A stretch of DNA of 64,000 nt from Trichinella spiralis. Taxonomy: Eukaryota. Both the position numbers and the translations under genes were made by a program. Under the pieces are notes generated by a model, which ran no database searches, had not been told where the DNA came from, and worked only from the letters and a program-made list of their open reading frames with translations. Numbering within the stretch: the stretch's first letter is position 1; every line of letters starts with the position of its first letter. The DNA lies in the NCBI RefSeq assembly GCF_000181795.1, contig NW_003526943.1:7585566-7649565 (forward strand), read 5' to 3'. Shown here piece after piece: positions 1 to 14,420 of the stretch.

Positions 1-256
1 CCAGTAGCATTTGTAATTTATTTTTCACTAAATTTTACATATATATATATTATGCATATTTTTTAATCTAAGATGAAAAAATAAGGTTTTCTATTTTACA
101 TTTTTTGACCATTATTGGAAAGTAATAATAGAAGAAAAAAAACATTCTCATAATCATAAATCAGTCATCATCATCATCAGTTTTCTTTTATTTTTTTTTG
201 TTTTTCCTCTTTTATGCATGCATGCATGCATGATAACATGTATGAAACTGCTCATT

Positions 257-286
257 GATCATCATCATCATCATCATCATCATCAT
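257..286. repeat. (ATC)n microsatellite
   Basis: About nine ATC units read directly. Confidence 0.9.
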
Positions 287-2376
287 GTGATTGATTTTGT
301 ATGCATAATCATTTTCACCATTAATTAATATGCGCGCACACACACACACAGCACAACTGATTGTATCGTGTAGGTGAATTGACTGACACTTTTCTCACAT
401 GGAATATTTGATTGTTGGAATTGATAGCAATGATTGACATTTATTTCCATTTTAAGCATTTCATCACCATCATCTGGTTGTTCGGTGAACGCAATTTTCA
501 AGGGTGGAAAATTTGCTGCAAAACGTTGTAACAGTTTTTGGTCGGTCGGTCAACGGTTATTCTTTCTTTTTTGTATTCTACTGTATACTGGTTGGTGGTT
601 GACGTTGTCGAAGCAAGCACCCAAGCCCCGTTTGTTGTTTCAACTTGTTGCACCCAAAATTTTTCTCGTTAAATTTATTCATATTCACAAAGTATTTGTT
701 ATTGTTGCTTATTTTTTTGAATGTAAATTTTAACATGGTTTTTTTTGTTGCTTGACTTTTTCCCACATCTCCGATGAATGAATAGGTAGATTCTCCGAAT
801 GCAACTTGCGAAGGGTGAGAAATTGTTCAAAATGATCGATCGATCGATCGATTGATTAATTGCAAACATCACCTGTTCAAAAATATGTGCAACATTTTTT
901 TTCTTCTTATCTTTCACTTGTATTTTTTTGCGTTGTCGCTGATGTTTCTTTATTATATTATTTATTATTGGTGATTATCAGTTTTTGTTGCTTGCTTCAT
1001 CACACACACACATATATGTATGTATATTTCATGTTTCACCTTTGGTTGGTTGGATCTTTTTTTTCGCTTTGACAATTGTTGCCATTGTTTGGTTGCATTT
1101 TTCATATTCTGATGACATGAACAATAAGGACAACAGCAGCCCAATTTATCGACTTGTAACAATTTGCAAACGTGTGACATTTTTTATCTATCTATATATA
1201 TATGTGTGTGTGCTTTTTATTTTCTGATGATCTTAGTTGTTAGCGTCTTTGAGAAAAGTCCTCTCAAGCTGGTCGGGATCTAGTGTATGTGCTGTGTTCA
1301 TTGTTGTATTAGAAAAAAAAAACTATTTTTTAACATGTATTTTTAACATGTAACATTTCATATTCAGGCGGTTTTTATGTATATAATTTGTAGTGGTGTG
1401 TAATTTTTAATATTGCCTATATTGCATTTTGACATTTGGTCGATGGTTGCAAGTTGATTCTCAGGCCGCTGAACGCGGAAGCGGATCTTTTAACGATCCA
1501 TTATCGAGTGAGCGTTAATCTTGGTGCGAATTAGCCTCTTTTTTCCGATGTAATTCAAGCGACTGAAGAAAAACAACACTGCTTGTTTGCTTGCTTGTGC
1601 TTTTTTTCTTCTACTTCAATTTCTTTCCACATTTGCTTTATTCTAGCCGGCTGGCTAGCCATTAGCCAGCTTAGATGGGTGGATTGATGTAGCTGGATGT
1701 AGCTTTTTCTTCACTTTATAACGACGACTCGTTAATCAGTAGAAAGAGGAGCAGGAGGATTGAAGAAGAAAAAAAAACAGAAAGCAGCTAAGAAGATAAG
1801 CAATTCTCTTTTTCAGATTTCTAAAGAAACAATACACATGCATTATTCTTATTTATTAATTTTTTTTCATTCGCAATATTGCGGTTATTGTTGTTCAACA
1901 TATATATATATATATATATTTATTTATTTATTATAATAAGCTTTCGGCAAAAATAATGTTCTAAGCTAGACGACGAGATTATTATTTATTGATCTGTTGC
2001 TGTTGCCGCAGCTTCTGTTACCATTATCTCGAGCACACGCTGTTCAACTTGCATTTATTATTATATTTTTATTTTTAAATTATATTCTTTGTTGTTGTTT
2101 TTTTTTGAAATACACATTTGCATCATTTTTTGTACAGATGAGAGATTGAAGTTGAAAATCAAAAAAGAAAAAGTAATATTAATAATAAGATTATTATTTT
2201 TTATACGGAAATGTTGGAATCTTTTGGAGATGAGTTAGTTTTGCTATTTGTTTGTAATTTATGCTGAGTGTTCGTTCATTTTTGTGTTGTTTATTATGTC
2301 AAAAAAGAATAAGCTGATCATTTTCAACGAAAGGGTTCGACTGGGTATATTAGAAGTTGCATTTCCAGGTTGCACT

Positions 2377-2400
2377 TGTGTGTGTGTGTGTGTGTGTGTG
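2377..2400. repeat. (TG)n microsatellite
   Basis: About twelve TG units read directly. Confidence 0.9.
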
Positions 2401-3076
2401 CATCTTCAATTTTATTAATTTCCAGATAAATTTTCACTTTTCAACAACATTAGCATTAGTACTTTGTGTGATGTGATCTGATATCTTGATATTTGTGCAG
2501 TTGAAAACAAATGCCATTTATTTATTTGTTTGTTCATCTTCTTCAGGCCGTGTTTACTTACTTGTTAACATTTACAATTTAATTTATTGTTTAATTTGAT
2601 TATCGGATCGAATAATTAGTTATATCTAAACAAAAATTATAATATCTTGGCATAAAGATTCGCACAAAAATGTGTTAATTTATTTTAAAAATATACATCT
2701 GTCGTTTTCGTACACATTTTTGTTTATGTTGCTGTTATTGTGTTGGTTCACTTTGTTATATTCTGTACGCGTTTTTGCGCGGATATTTGCAGACAACTTT
2801 GCTCATTTGCAGATTTGAATGCTCTGTACCTTTTTACTCTAGTCGTCGTGTAGTGTACGAAAAGCATTTTCACTTTCTCAATTTAATTGAGATATATTTT
2901 ATTATTTTCTTCACTTGTGAAACGTTTCATCTTTATTAAATTAATTTTCAGTTGAGCAGTTTCTTGTTATTAAAATTTCATTATTATTATTATTATTCAA
3001 TTTGAATTTTACTGCTGCTAATATTGGCATTAATTCTATTCTATTTGTCATCTTATTTGCAATTTTGTAGGATTGG

Positions 3077-6000
3077 ATGGTGAAACACGAGGCTAGCAGA
3101 TTGCAGGCATCCGAAGCGTCCGCTTCTTCTTCGTCAACAACCGGCGTTGCTGAACAATTTGAAAATTCAAAGTCGAAAAAGGCAACGTCTAAGAAAAAAT
3201 CACACCGATCGAAGAAAGCGGTAATTGCATATATGGGCATCATTTTTATGCTCTTATTTTTATTATTTATCTTGTAGTTTGTTTTGTTTTATTTTGTCTT
3301 TTGTGTTTTATGTAAATGTTTGCTTTTTTATTGGCTGCTTGTTTAATTCGGTGGAAAAATGTTTGCATGTTTGTTTATTTGTTGTATAATTATTATAATA
3401 ATTGTTTTTTTCTTGTTAGCCTACGATTTTTTCATCGTACATGTGTATTGTATGTATTATTATTACATTATGCATGTATGCGTGCATGCATGTATGCGTG
3501 CATAATGTGAGTGTGCAAGTAGTCTGTACGTGTGTGTGCACAGCTTTGTTTGCAGCTTGCTCGAAGCTTTATATTGCATAATTTGTGAGCCAGTTTTGTT
3601 GTATTTCGAAATATTTCACGCGGCCGTCTGAGCAAACTATCTCGTTCAATCCTCTGTTCGGCTGTGCAAACAGCCATTGATTGATTGTCGTCAAGCGGTC
3701 GGTTCGTTTGTTCACCTTGAGCGGAAGGGATTTTCTGTTCTTCTATCACTTGCTGCTGCAATCACTACTATCCACCGGAGATCATTGTTATTACGAACGA
3801 GCGAGCAGCATTTTTCACTCTTTTGCTTATTTCCATATTCAGCTTTTGATTTTATGTGCTTTTTGTTGCATTATTATTATTTTTTTTGCTTTTTACTGCT
3901 TGTGCTTGTACTTATTTATTTTTTCACTTTGCAGACAAAAGAGTCGTCGTCCACTTTGTCATCTGCAATGGTCAGCAGTGGCAATGATGATGAGAAAGTT
4001 TCTTCGAAATCGAAATTGTCCAAATCTTCCAATGTTAAAATGGACGGGTGCGCCAGTGAAGGTGATACGGCCAATTCGCGCTCTCACAGAGCACGTTCAG
4101 CGGACACGCCCAAGCGTGAAGAAGATCCAACAAGAAAGTCTTCACTCAAATCCAAAGTCGTCGTTGTCGATTCAGCTCAGTCTTCTTCTTCGTCTGCGGT
4201 ATGTGTGCGGGCGATACTTGCTCAATTTATACTTTTTCTTTTATGTAAATTTGTATAAATGGAATTGGTAATGAACAATTATTAATATGAATAAGTTATT
4301 GCACAATTTTCGAGTACATCTTGGGTCAGTTTTTGCTTGTTGTGTGTCAGGTTAGAAGAGATGTTTTTCTGTTTTGTTTGGTAATGAAGACAACATCATT
4401 CATTAGTTTATTATATTATATTATATGGGATGCAGACAGCAGATTGATTGTCAGTCATCTTCGTATCGTAAATTTTCATTATGACAGCCGTGTGTGAATT
4501 GTTGCAAGAAAGAAGGAGACAGAGAAAATGGGAATATTAATTTTATTTTTTTGTTCCTGTTAAGTAAATTTTAAAATTTAATTCAGAAATGATTATCCAG
4601 TGGCAATGGATAGATAGATAGGTGGATATATATAGATGTTTGCAGATGCGTTTGTCGAATAGTGTTTATTTTGAAACTTGCTGTCTTCATTCAAAGCAAC
4701 AGCAGCAATGCGCACAGCTGTCATTCGGTGTTTTCAACGTACATGCAAGTCTGTGGTGGTGATGTGTCGCGTTGTAGAGGAGAAGTTTATTTTTGTCTCA
4801 CAATCGTCGTCTGCTTGATCAGCTTGTGAATTTGATTGAAATCCATTTTCACTATTGTGCACAGTTGAAGGGGAGAGTGGCGGTTGTTTTCTCTTCATGC
4901 AGCTGTTGTCGCGTCAACAGTTGTCCACAATAACATCTTGCTGCTTTTGCGTATTATTTGCTACTGCTGATGCTTCAGTACTGTGTAGACAGAGATAAGA
5001 GTGTGTGCTTGGGTAGTAATTTGATTTTTCACAATCGAAAGGTGCTCTCCCTCTCTGTCTCTGCGGCTGCTGCTCTCTTTTTTCTTTTACTCTGCTTTCT
5101 CCTATTCAATTTAATTCCAATACAATGCAATTCAATTTTCTCTTCTCTTCTTTTCACTTCTCTTTTTCCCTCTTTTCAAAACTGATATATATCCCTTCTG
5201 ATCAAAAATTACACAAGCTTCAATTTCAGAACTTCACAGGAAAAAAGAGGATGTGTGTCGGCAGGCGGGCATGGGGGGGGGGGAGGTTTTCCTCTTCATC
5301 ATTCAGAACTTTTGTTCTTCTTGTATATCCATCTTTTGTTTTGTTTTGTTTTATTTGCATATCAGCTGTTCTTCCGTCTAGGTTTTTTTTTAATTTTTGT
5401 TCAGCTTCATTGATAGCCAGTTTTGCAGGATGTAATTTTCCCGGAACAACAACATCACGATGAATGCGTGCATAAATTAGGTTTTACGTTTTATTTTTTT
5501 TCTCCCCTCTCCCTCTTTTTCTGTTTAAATTTTATTTCGAAATATATAAATCGAGTAGCATTATCAAAGGAAGCGTTGTGCATGTGTGAATACTGAAGAT
5601 TCCGGACTCTTTTTTTTTCTTCCACTTTTTAGCTGCAATCATCACATGGGAAGAAATTATATGTATGTATCCGGCGTTAACTTGACAAAGAGAAAAAGAA
5701 ATGAGGGAATGAGTGGGTGGTGATGATTAGATTCCACGAAAGAGAAAGGGAAAGTAGTTGAATTTAAAAATGAACAAATCATCCAACATTGACCGAGGGT
5801 TTATCACAATCTGCATTGGTCTGGGCTTGGGGATTTTGGGGTGGTGCAGAGAGGGAGGAGAGGGGGAGGGGGAGGGGACGGACAATGACGACGACGTGTA
5901 CAGATTACGTATGTGTGTGTGTGTGTGTTGTTTGTATTCTCTTTTTGCATGTATCTTTTTTCATATCGTTCCATACAAGCTCTTCGCCATCTGCCCCGGA

Positions 6001-9000
6001 ATTGTAGCTCCTCTGAGATTGCAGTCGACCACACGGCGATGTCACTGTGTGTAAAGCTTTTCAAAATTGGCCAGATCGATTTGCGTGGACTTTGTTGAAA
6101 AATAAGTCTCAATTTTGATCGATCGATCATCACCATCACATTATCATCATCGTCGCAGTAGTCGTCGTCGGCTGGCTGCTTTTGCCGCGTGAGGTTGCCG
6201 ACCGGAGGACAATTGAATTCACTCTCATTGTTTGTTCGTCGTAGCTTACTTAATTGCCTTCTCTCGTTTTAGATGTCGGTTGGTTGGTTGTCATTTTTTT
6301 TTCTATTTGAAGGAAAAGAACTTTTTTAGGTTTTCATTTTTCAACTATGTATTTTATGAAACATTTCATTTTTTTGCGATTGTTTAAAATTGTTCATCGA
6401 TCAGTTGTATATTTGAAATATAGTTGTTTAATATTTTATTAATAGCTTTTTATAAATAAAAATTGCTCTAATCCTTTACAATATAAATATAAGTTATTTT
6501 TTGTGAAAAAAAAACCTTTTTGTAAGCATCGATGTTATAAAAAGCAAGCAAACATTTGTTTAAAAAAGAAGTATATATATACATATATATATATACGTAT
6601 ATAGTACGTTGCGTTCGACGTGTTCGGGGGCACGACGGTTTTATGCTTGCCTCTCTCCAGGGTGATTGCTTTGTATGCAAAATTCAATTAAGCTAATTTT
6701 CTTACGTCGAGCAGTGAAATTGGCGTTTGTCTGTGTGTGCGCGCGCGCGTGTGTGTGTGTTCCGTTGTCTCGGCTATTGTCGATGCTTGCTGGTCTTTGG
6801 CCAACTTTTTCTTTTCCTCTTCAATTCCCTCTTTTTTTCAACTTCTGAAGCAGTGAACTTTGTGAAATTGTTACACACAACACGTGCGTAATCTTCATTT
6901 TATTATTTCACTTGTCAAAATTGGATTATTTTTAATTTTTATTGCATAATAATAGATTGTATTTTCTATACGAATTGATCATTTTATTCATTTGTTTCAG
7001 TTTTGCAAAACTAGTACTAATAGTTGCATACAACGAAAGGGGGGGGCGGAAGGTAGTTTTGTAGTGTGTATTTTCTTGTCGGCTTTGTGTTAATTTGATT
7101 TTCATGAATTAATTTTTGAAGACAATTGCTTTTTCCGTTTGCTTTTATTGTGTACGGTAGTGTGACGATGATGATGATTGTGTTTCAGGAGCCGCCAAGT
7201 CATCACGGTGGTACGGAAGAAAAAGTTCAACTGTCACCATCTAAAGGTAAAAACACAGTATATTATGAATAAATAGCCAATTTTGTAAGAACCTGTTCAA
7301 CGTGCTGTATTTTCAGCTAACAATCGCAGAGATCGTACGGCGTCCTCTTCGCGCAAGATGACCGTGAAGCGCGAGCGTGAGGAACCGTTGACTACGGTCG
7401 ACAATGGTCGCAAACCTGAAAAAGTGCCCAAATTGGAAACCCACCATCGCCCGGTAGCAGATTCCAATCATACTGTAGTTGCTGACTCGAAAATGTAATT
7501 TTCACGTTCTTTTTTTTCATATTATACGCGTTCAGTTTGTTGTTTGTGTTTGTTGGGTGTTTGATTGAATTTCTCATTATTGAAATGTGTAATTCAATTT
7601 CAGAAAAGCCGCTGGCGACGAGAATTCTTCTTCTTCTACTTCTTCGACCGCATCGTCGTCGTCATCATCAGCATTGTCTCTTCCTGCTGCTGGTAATGAT
7701 TCAGGGTCTCGGTCGGTCGCCTGCACGTCATCTGACACTTTTGCCGATTCAGCTAAAGTTGCAGTCATTCGAAACAGCAGCAGTAACAGCAACAACAGTA
7801 AGCAAAAAATATGTACAAAATTTTTTTTGTTTCTTTTTTTTCCCGGTGATATTTCCTTATCGACGTTGTTATCGAGTAGAAACGGTGTGGAAAGGTTGTA
7901 AAATGAATGCAACTCTTCAGTTTGCATTTTTTTTGTGCTTGTCGTGTTGAATGACATTGTTCACTTTTGATATGACAGATGCCATGTAAATTTTGTGTAT
8001 GCGAGAGAAAGATTGGTTTCAACTTTTTGCCCAACGTGCACATGACATGGTTGTGCTGCCTTCGATTTGCACATGCCCAACGGCATGCAGAACAGACTGA
8101 ATTTTTCTTCTGATTTATTTATTTATCCATTCCTTTGTGCAACGTTTCCATCTCTTCGTTAAATTGCGCTATTTTTAATTTAAGTGCAAAAGAAAAATCA
8201 GCAAAGATCAGCAGATGTTGTGAAAAATTTTTTCGAAATTAATTTCACCTGCTCTCACCCCACTGGTGTTGAAATGTCGAGGATGTTTGTTTTGTTCGTT
8301 TCTCCGTCTGAAATATTTAAATTTCTGCTTCTTTTTTCAACTTGCGCAACACTATTGTGATGTGATCGATAAGTAGTTGTTGGCCAACGGCGCTGTCTGT
8401 CTGTCCGTGATTTTCCACAGTTGAAAAGCACAAACAGTTGCGGTTGTGATCATTTCGATTCAGTTAATTTCCTCCGATGGGCTGTGGAAATTATTGCATA
8501 CAACAGCAGTATATAATAATCATCATGACGAATTCATGCTGCTAGTTTCTGTTGATCAGGAAGGGCAGTTTTTATAACTGGAATGGAATTTCACAAAAAA
8601 ATAATCATAAAATTTATTTATGTCGATTTAATTAATAATTTTTTTTTCAAATTTATTTCATGTCAACTGTGCAAGTTCATCACACTGGATTTATTTTTAA
8701 ACTGATAATAATAATAATAATCAATTATAGCTGTTAATAATGCAACTTCATCGCGTTCATTCTATTTGTTACTGGAAAAATTGATATGGAAGTTGATATG
8801 AAGTTGGTTGTTTCCAATTAGGATAAAAATAGTAGTTAATTTGTGTGCTTTTGAGAGTAGGTAGTTAGTTGTTAGGAAAAAGAGATGATCATTTGATGAA
8901 ACAAAGTGACTGAAACAAGCGGTCGTCAGTGGTAGTTGGAAATAGTCAAATTCATTCATTGTTGTTGCACATCGTTATTGTCAGTGCGTTGTATTATCGT

Positions 9001-12000
9001 TTTCAATTTACAAATTTATGCTAATTATTTCAATTGAATTTGAAACTGTACGTAAGTTTGTTTTTGTACAGTTCATTTTTTACATTGAAATTAATATGTT
9101 TAAATGAATTTTCTATTTTTTTACTTTTCATCATCGTCGTCGTCGATGGATAAATTTATTAAATTTGCAAGAATGAATTGTTAGGATGGATTTTATTTAC
9201 TGATAGTTTTTTTTCTGTTTATTTATATCGATCATCGATTGATGGGATTTTTTTTGTTGTTTTCAATTCCAACATTCCATTTGAAAAGAATATGGTTTGT
9301 TCAGTTCTTTCTGTTGATTTATTCTTTATACTTGGCGAATTTCTTCCAACTCAGGCAGAAGAATTATACAACATATAAATTTATATTTATATTTATATTT
9401 ATATTTAGCAGAAGCTAGTAATGAAATTGTCGTTCTTTTCACTGTTGATGAGCATGCTCGAAAATGGATGGGAGGGGGATGTGCAGTGGGTGAAAATCTC
9501 GACTGATTATTTATTTGATCAACGTCGCATTTCATATTGTGGAACACTTTCGTTGATCAACTTTGCTGCTGAAAATCGCTAGTTAGTAATACGCGAGTAG
9601 TCGATCTGATTGTCGCATTATATTATAATGCGCAGCATTATTATTGCACATGCTTGATTGTTTATTGTTTATTTGTTTCTTTTCTGTCGTTATGAATAGA
9701 AGATTTCAGTACCTGGATTCGATTTATTATGTTTTTTATTTGTTTGTGATCAACAACAACATCAACAGCTGATCGTTGGTTAGCTGTGGAAATTAATGGA
9801 CATTTGTGAGCATCATTATCATTGCGACATAAATAGATATATATAGATGGATGGATGGATGGATGGTTGGATGGAAAGAGAGATAGTAGAGGGGAGAGAG
9901 CGAGAATGTCCGACGTGATTAGAAACGTGCAAGCGTGATTCGATTGGGCAAAAAGCGTTATCAAATTTGATGTATGGCGTTGTTCTCTTTATAAATCCAC
10001 TTTTGCGCTTTCGATGACTTTTCCCCCCATTCTGGTCGGTCTTCTAAAATGTAAATTCAATCGTCCATCTTACCAAATTCAATTGTCTCTTGGCTCAATT
10101 ATTCGTCGTCATTAAACTGTCGACGGCGATTCCGTTGGCGTAATTTAATTTTTCCCCCTCCCCCTACAACTGTCTTCCTTTCTTCTTCTTCTTCTTCTTC
10201 GAATCAATCGAACGAACCTTGATGACGATGAAAGAAGCATCAAAACTGAACTTTAACAATAAATAAATAAATAAATAAATATGTAAATTTCAACTTCAAA
10301 ATTATTTATTTCTCCATCTAACTGTATTTTTACAATTTTGTCATTTTGATTCGTCTATTATTTTTTAAGAAGCTCCATGCGCAGAAACGCCAAATCGAAT
10401 GACAAAGAGTGTTTCCAGCGATCTCGAGCAGCGCCTGTTTCTGGCAAGCAAAGGCAGCGCTCAGCCGAGCATCCTTAGCAGCCCTCCTACTTACTTTCAC
10501 ACAGAAATGCATCAACATCAACATCAGCACACTCACATGCATCAGTATCCAGTGCTGTCGCCGTTCTTTACCGGACCGACGTGCGCCAACGCTATGGTAA
10601 TTTTTTAAAACAATTTCAACACTGATTATTGTCAAATAATGCAAATTTTTCAGATTGGCTTCCCGCCGTATCCAACTTTTCCCGGTTTCGCTTATCCGGG
10701 TATTGCCAATCCATTGGCAATGCAGAACAACTCACCGGCAACAACTGTACAACCGAAAGTATGGCTTTCTCTTGCTGATATATTTATATTTATGTTAAAT
10801 GCTGTCATTTTTTTAAATTAATTTATACATTTTATTCAAGAAGAAAGGCAAATGGTGTTCAATGCATGTACAAATAGCATGGGATATTTATAATAAAATT
10901 AAACAACGCGGTGGCAAACAACGATCAGGGGACGTGAAGAAGGAGCAGGAATCGAAGTTGAATGTTCATTTGCCAAGTAAGATTTTTTTTTCATAATTTT
11001 AATGACATTTCATCTACTGATATAATCAGAGGTTATTAATCAGTGTTTTTTGATGAATTATTTTTAAAAAACTTTTTGACATACGCATGAATAATTTAAT
11101 TTTTGTTTCTTTTCGTTTGTTTGTTTGTTTTTTTGTTTCAATTGTTGCATGCAATTGAATAGAATTAAATTGAATTGAATTTAATTGAATTTAATGACGT
11201 ACGTGAATGCAATTTATATACATATATATGCATATATATCAATTTGTGCATCCAATCAAACGAAGCGTGCGTATTAATTAATTTTATACAATCTTATTCA
11301 GTGCTCTAGTAAAAAATATTCACTGTTGACAGCTATTTCTTGTATATTTTGTTTTGCAAGATTTTTCTTCTGCTTTGTTTTTTCAAATATTTTTAAATAA
11401 TGGTGCAGACGACATTTCATTTATTAGACGAATGAATTTTGTTCAAAAAATATTCATCCATATGCTTGGTTGGCGTCAGCGTTCAACGAACGTTTTCTTA
11501 TTCTGTTGTGTTGTATTATTTATTTGTTTATTTCTATGCAGCAGCTGCTTGGCAGATGAGCATGTATAATCATGAAAATTTGAATTTTTATCACGTTTCT
11601 TTTGTGGTTGTTTTTTTTTCTTAATAATATTAATATTTACTTCAATGATTGCACTTTTTCATTTCGTACTTCATCAAATTTGATTATTGGAGTAGAGAAT
11701 TGGGTTGAATAATATGCAGTATTAGAGGATGACTTGGGGGGGGGGGGAATTGATTGATGTTATAATAATTTTATTCTTCCTAGTAGAATTTTATTATTTC
11801 AATCATTATAATGGTGAATTGAAGTCCATTTCACCAGTGGGCGGGGAAAGATGCAGTGTTTGTTTGACTATTTGATTTGTAATTTGAAAAATTGCATTTA
11901 ACTTGTTTTAAGATGCGAGAAGTTTCTTTTATTCTGTTGTAATTAATTTTACAGTTGAATATATGGAAATTGAATTAGGCCACGAAATTCGCTCTTCGGA

Positions 12001-14420
12001 GCTTGATAATAAATAATAAGAGACAATTTTGAACATTTCTAAACTATTACGGTAATTGAGTTTGTATGTCATGAGGAAATCTTTTTTTAATTTAATTTTA
12101 ATTTAATATTTTTGATTTTCATTTGTATATAGACAATAAATACATAGATAAATGGTGTACGCGGTTGTTTTGTTGTTGTTGTTGCTTGATTATCTTTTTT
12201 TTGCATCGGGGAAATCGTGACGATTTCATTGGTGCTCGTTTATTACAGTATGATTTGAATTTGCTGTTTGTTGTATTTAATTTTTACAAGTGATCATTTG
12301 GAATGGACAATTGTTTTCTTTTTGTGCAGACAATCAGTTAATAATGATAAATCATGTTATGCATTGTTTGTTTGTTTGTATACGCGGATTATCTTTTTTT
12401 TTCTTTTTCTTTTTTCAAATAGAAGAGGAAGAAGAAGAAAGCTCAAAATTGACAATGCTAGCTGCCAATGCGGTCGAGCGATTGCAGCAAGAGAAAGAGA
12501 AGAATCGGTATGTTTTATTTATTGTTGTTCATTATTTTGTTTATTGAAGTTGTTAATATACTGTTTAGGCAAAGTCCTGCCGGTATGCTTGTGAACGGAA
12601 AAGTGCCTGCTGCAGTGAATGGTTTGAACGCAGAAGTACAGAAGGATTGCCTGACAGTGCCAACGTTGGCTTTACCCGAAACTGGTAACATTGACTTGTC
12701 GACGTTGCAACAGCGTCAACAACAACAGCAACATCAACAACAACAGCAGCAGCAGCAGCAGCAGCAGAATGGTGTTGTTAATCCAATGACGACAGTGGAC
12801 TTCACGCCGGAGGATTTTTTCTCCAGACGACGGGAATTGATGCACGAGCGTTTGATGACGCCGTTTCCAGGGTCGGAGAAATTTTTCCCACCACCACCAG
12901 GCGGATTCGCGGCCGTCAACATTCGACCACCGCCGTTGTTGCCGTTTTTTCCCACCAATGGCAGCGAGTTGGCGTTCGCCGCCGCCGCAGCAGCCGCAGC
13001 CGCCAATCAGTCGTTGACCGACAGATTGTTATTGGCCCACGCCCCGACAACGCCATTCATTCCCAACTTGGGCATGAATGTGACCCACAGCAACAGCTCA
13101 ACCAGCACAGCCACTGCAACCAACTGTAACATTGGCAACAACAATAACAGCAACAATAGCAATAGCCTTAGCAGCGGCAGCAATAGCAACAGCAGCAACA
13201 ACAACAACAACAACAACAACTCAGCCTTGTTGGACCGTATAGCAGTTGACGCGGCCACGGCCGGTGGCGTGTCCACGGGTGGACTGGAACCGATGAGACC
13301 GTTTATGCCAGGATTTGAGCCGGCCACCAGCTATTTGAGCCGCTTTCCTTTGGCAGAAGCTCTGCTACGGCCTCCGCTGTTTGGCGCCCCTGATCCGGCT
13401 GCTTCTCTGTTAACTTTGGAACGTGAACGAGGCGAACAACTGTTGCTCAGGCTTCAAGAGCAGATGACCGCGGCCGCGGCCGCCGCTGCTGCAGCCGCAG
13501 CCGCCGCCGCTGCTTCATCATCGTCCACTGGTGCTTCTTCCACGTCGTCCGACTCGCTCGTCTCCAACGCGTTGCAGTATCATTACCATCACCACGCCCA
13601 GCACGGCGCTCCGGGACTCGGGCCACCGGCGCCGAACAATCTGCTCGAATTGGAACGGCGTTTGGCTGCTGGTGTCGGTGGTGCCGGTGTTGGAGCCGGC
13701 GGCACCGGCTCTTGTTTCGACCCCTCCGCTCCGTCGTCGTCGTCACCGTCATCGTTGCTATTTTCCAACCTGCTCCAACGGGAACGTCTGGAACTCGAAC
13801 AGCGCAGCCGTCTGATGATGGGCCGTGCACCGCCAGCCGAGGCCAGTTTCCTCCTCTCGTCGCCCAGACCGCCGACCCCTGCCGCTGCCGCCCATGTCGC
13901 CCACACTGCTCCGCCTCTGTCACTGGTGCCCCACCCGCCTGGAAGCGGCACGCATCTGGCCACGGTCGACAGCCTTCGTCTGGCGATGTTGTCCGCTGCA
14001 GCCGCGGCAGCGATCTCGAACAACAACACCACCACCAATACCACCGTAAGCAACGGCCAACAACAACAGTTCGGCGGTGATCCCCAAGCGGCGGTGGCGG
14101 CGGCGGCGGCCACGACGGCCTCCGCGGTCTCGCTACCCGGCTTCAATCCCATCCCCGGCAGACAGCTGGCACCCCAATTGCACGGCTTCGGCTCATCTCC
14201 GGCGACGGCTTTGTTTGGTGGTAACGCGGCCGTCGCAGCAGCAGCAGCCGCCGCTGCTGCCGCGGCCGCCGCCTCAGCCGTCAACGGAGGTGGAGGGGGA
14301 GCTGGTAGTAAGTACAGTCCCGCCGCGGTGAACTCGTTCAGCTCCACGTTGGAACTGTTGGCCAGGCAGAAGCGCGAATCGATGCTCGGATCCGTCTCCC
14401 ACGCTGCTCACGGACGGTGA
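3077..14420 (+). CDS. AUTS2/FBRSL1/Fibrosin (Drosophila tay bridge)-family protein, 10 coding exons
   Basis: Phase-consistent GT-AG exons: 3077-3220, 3935-4198, 7189-7246, 7317-7494, 7604-7797, 10370-10596, 10654-10758, 10841-10976, 12423-12507, 12569-14420. The spliced protein has DLEQRLFLAS, the HX repeat FHTEMHQHQHQHTHMHQ and KKGKWCSMHVQIAWDIY (AUTS2-type GKWCAMHVxIAW motif), then a low-complexity A/Q/N-rich C-terminus. Confidence 0.82.

Noticed and set aside
434..1227. Short hydrophobic ORFs at the window start
   Set aside because: Low-complexity translations of T-rich DNA with no motifs; probably upstream or intronic sequence of the AUTS2-like gene.
12734..14347. Long antisense and alternate-frame ORFs (up to 252 aa) over the AUTS2-like last exon
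   Set aside because: Shadow ORFs of GC-rich, trinucleotide-repetitive coding DNA.
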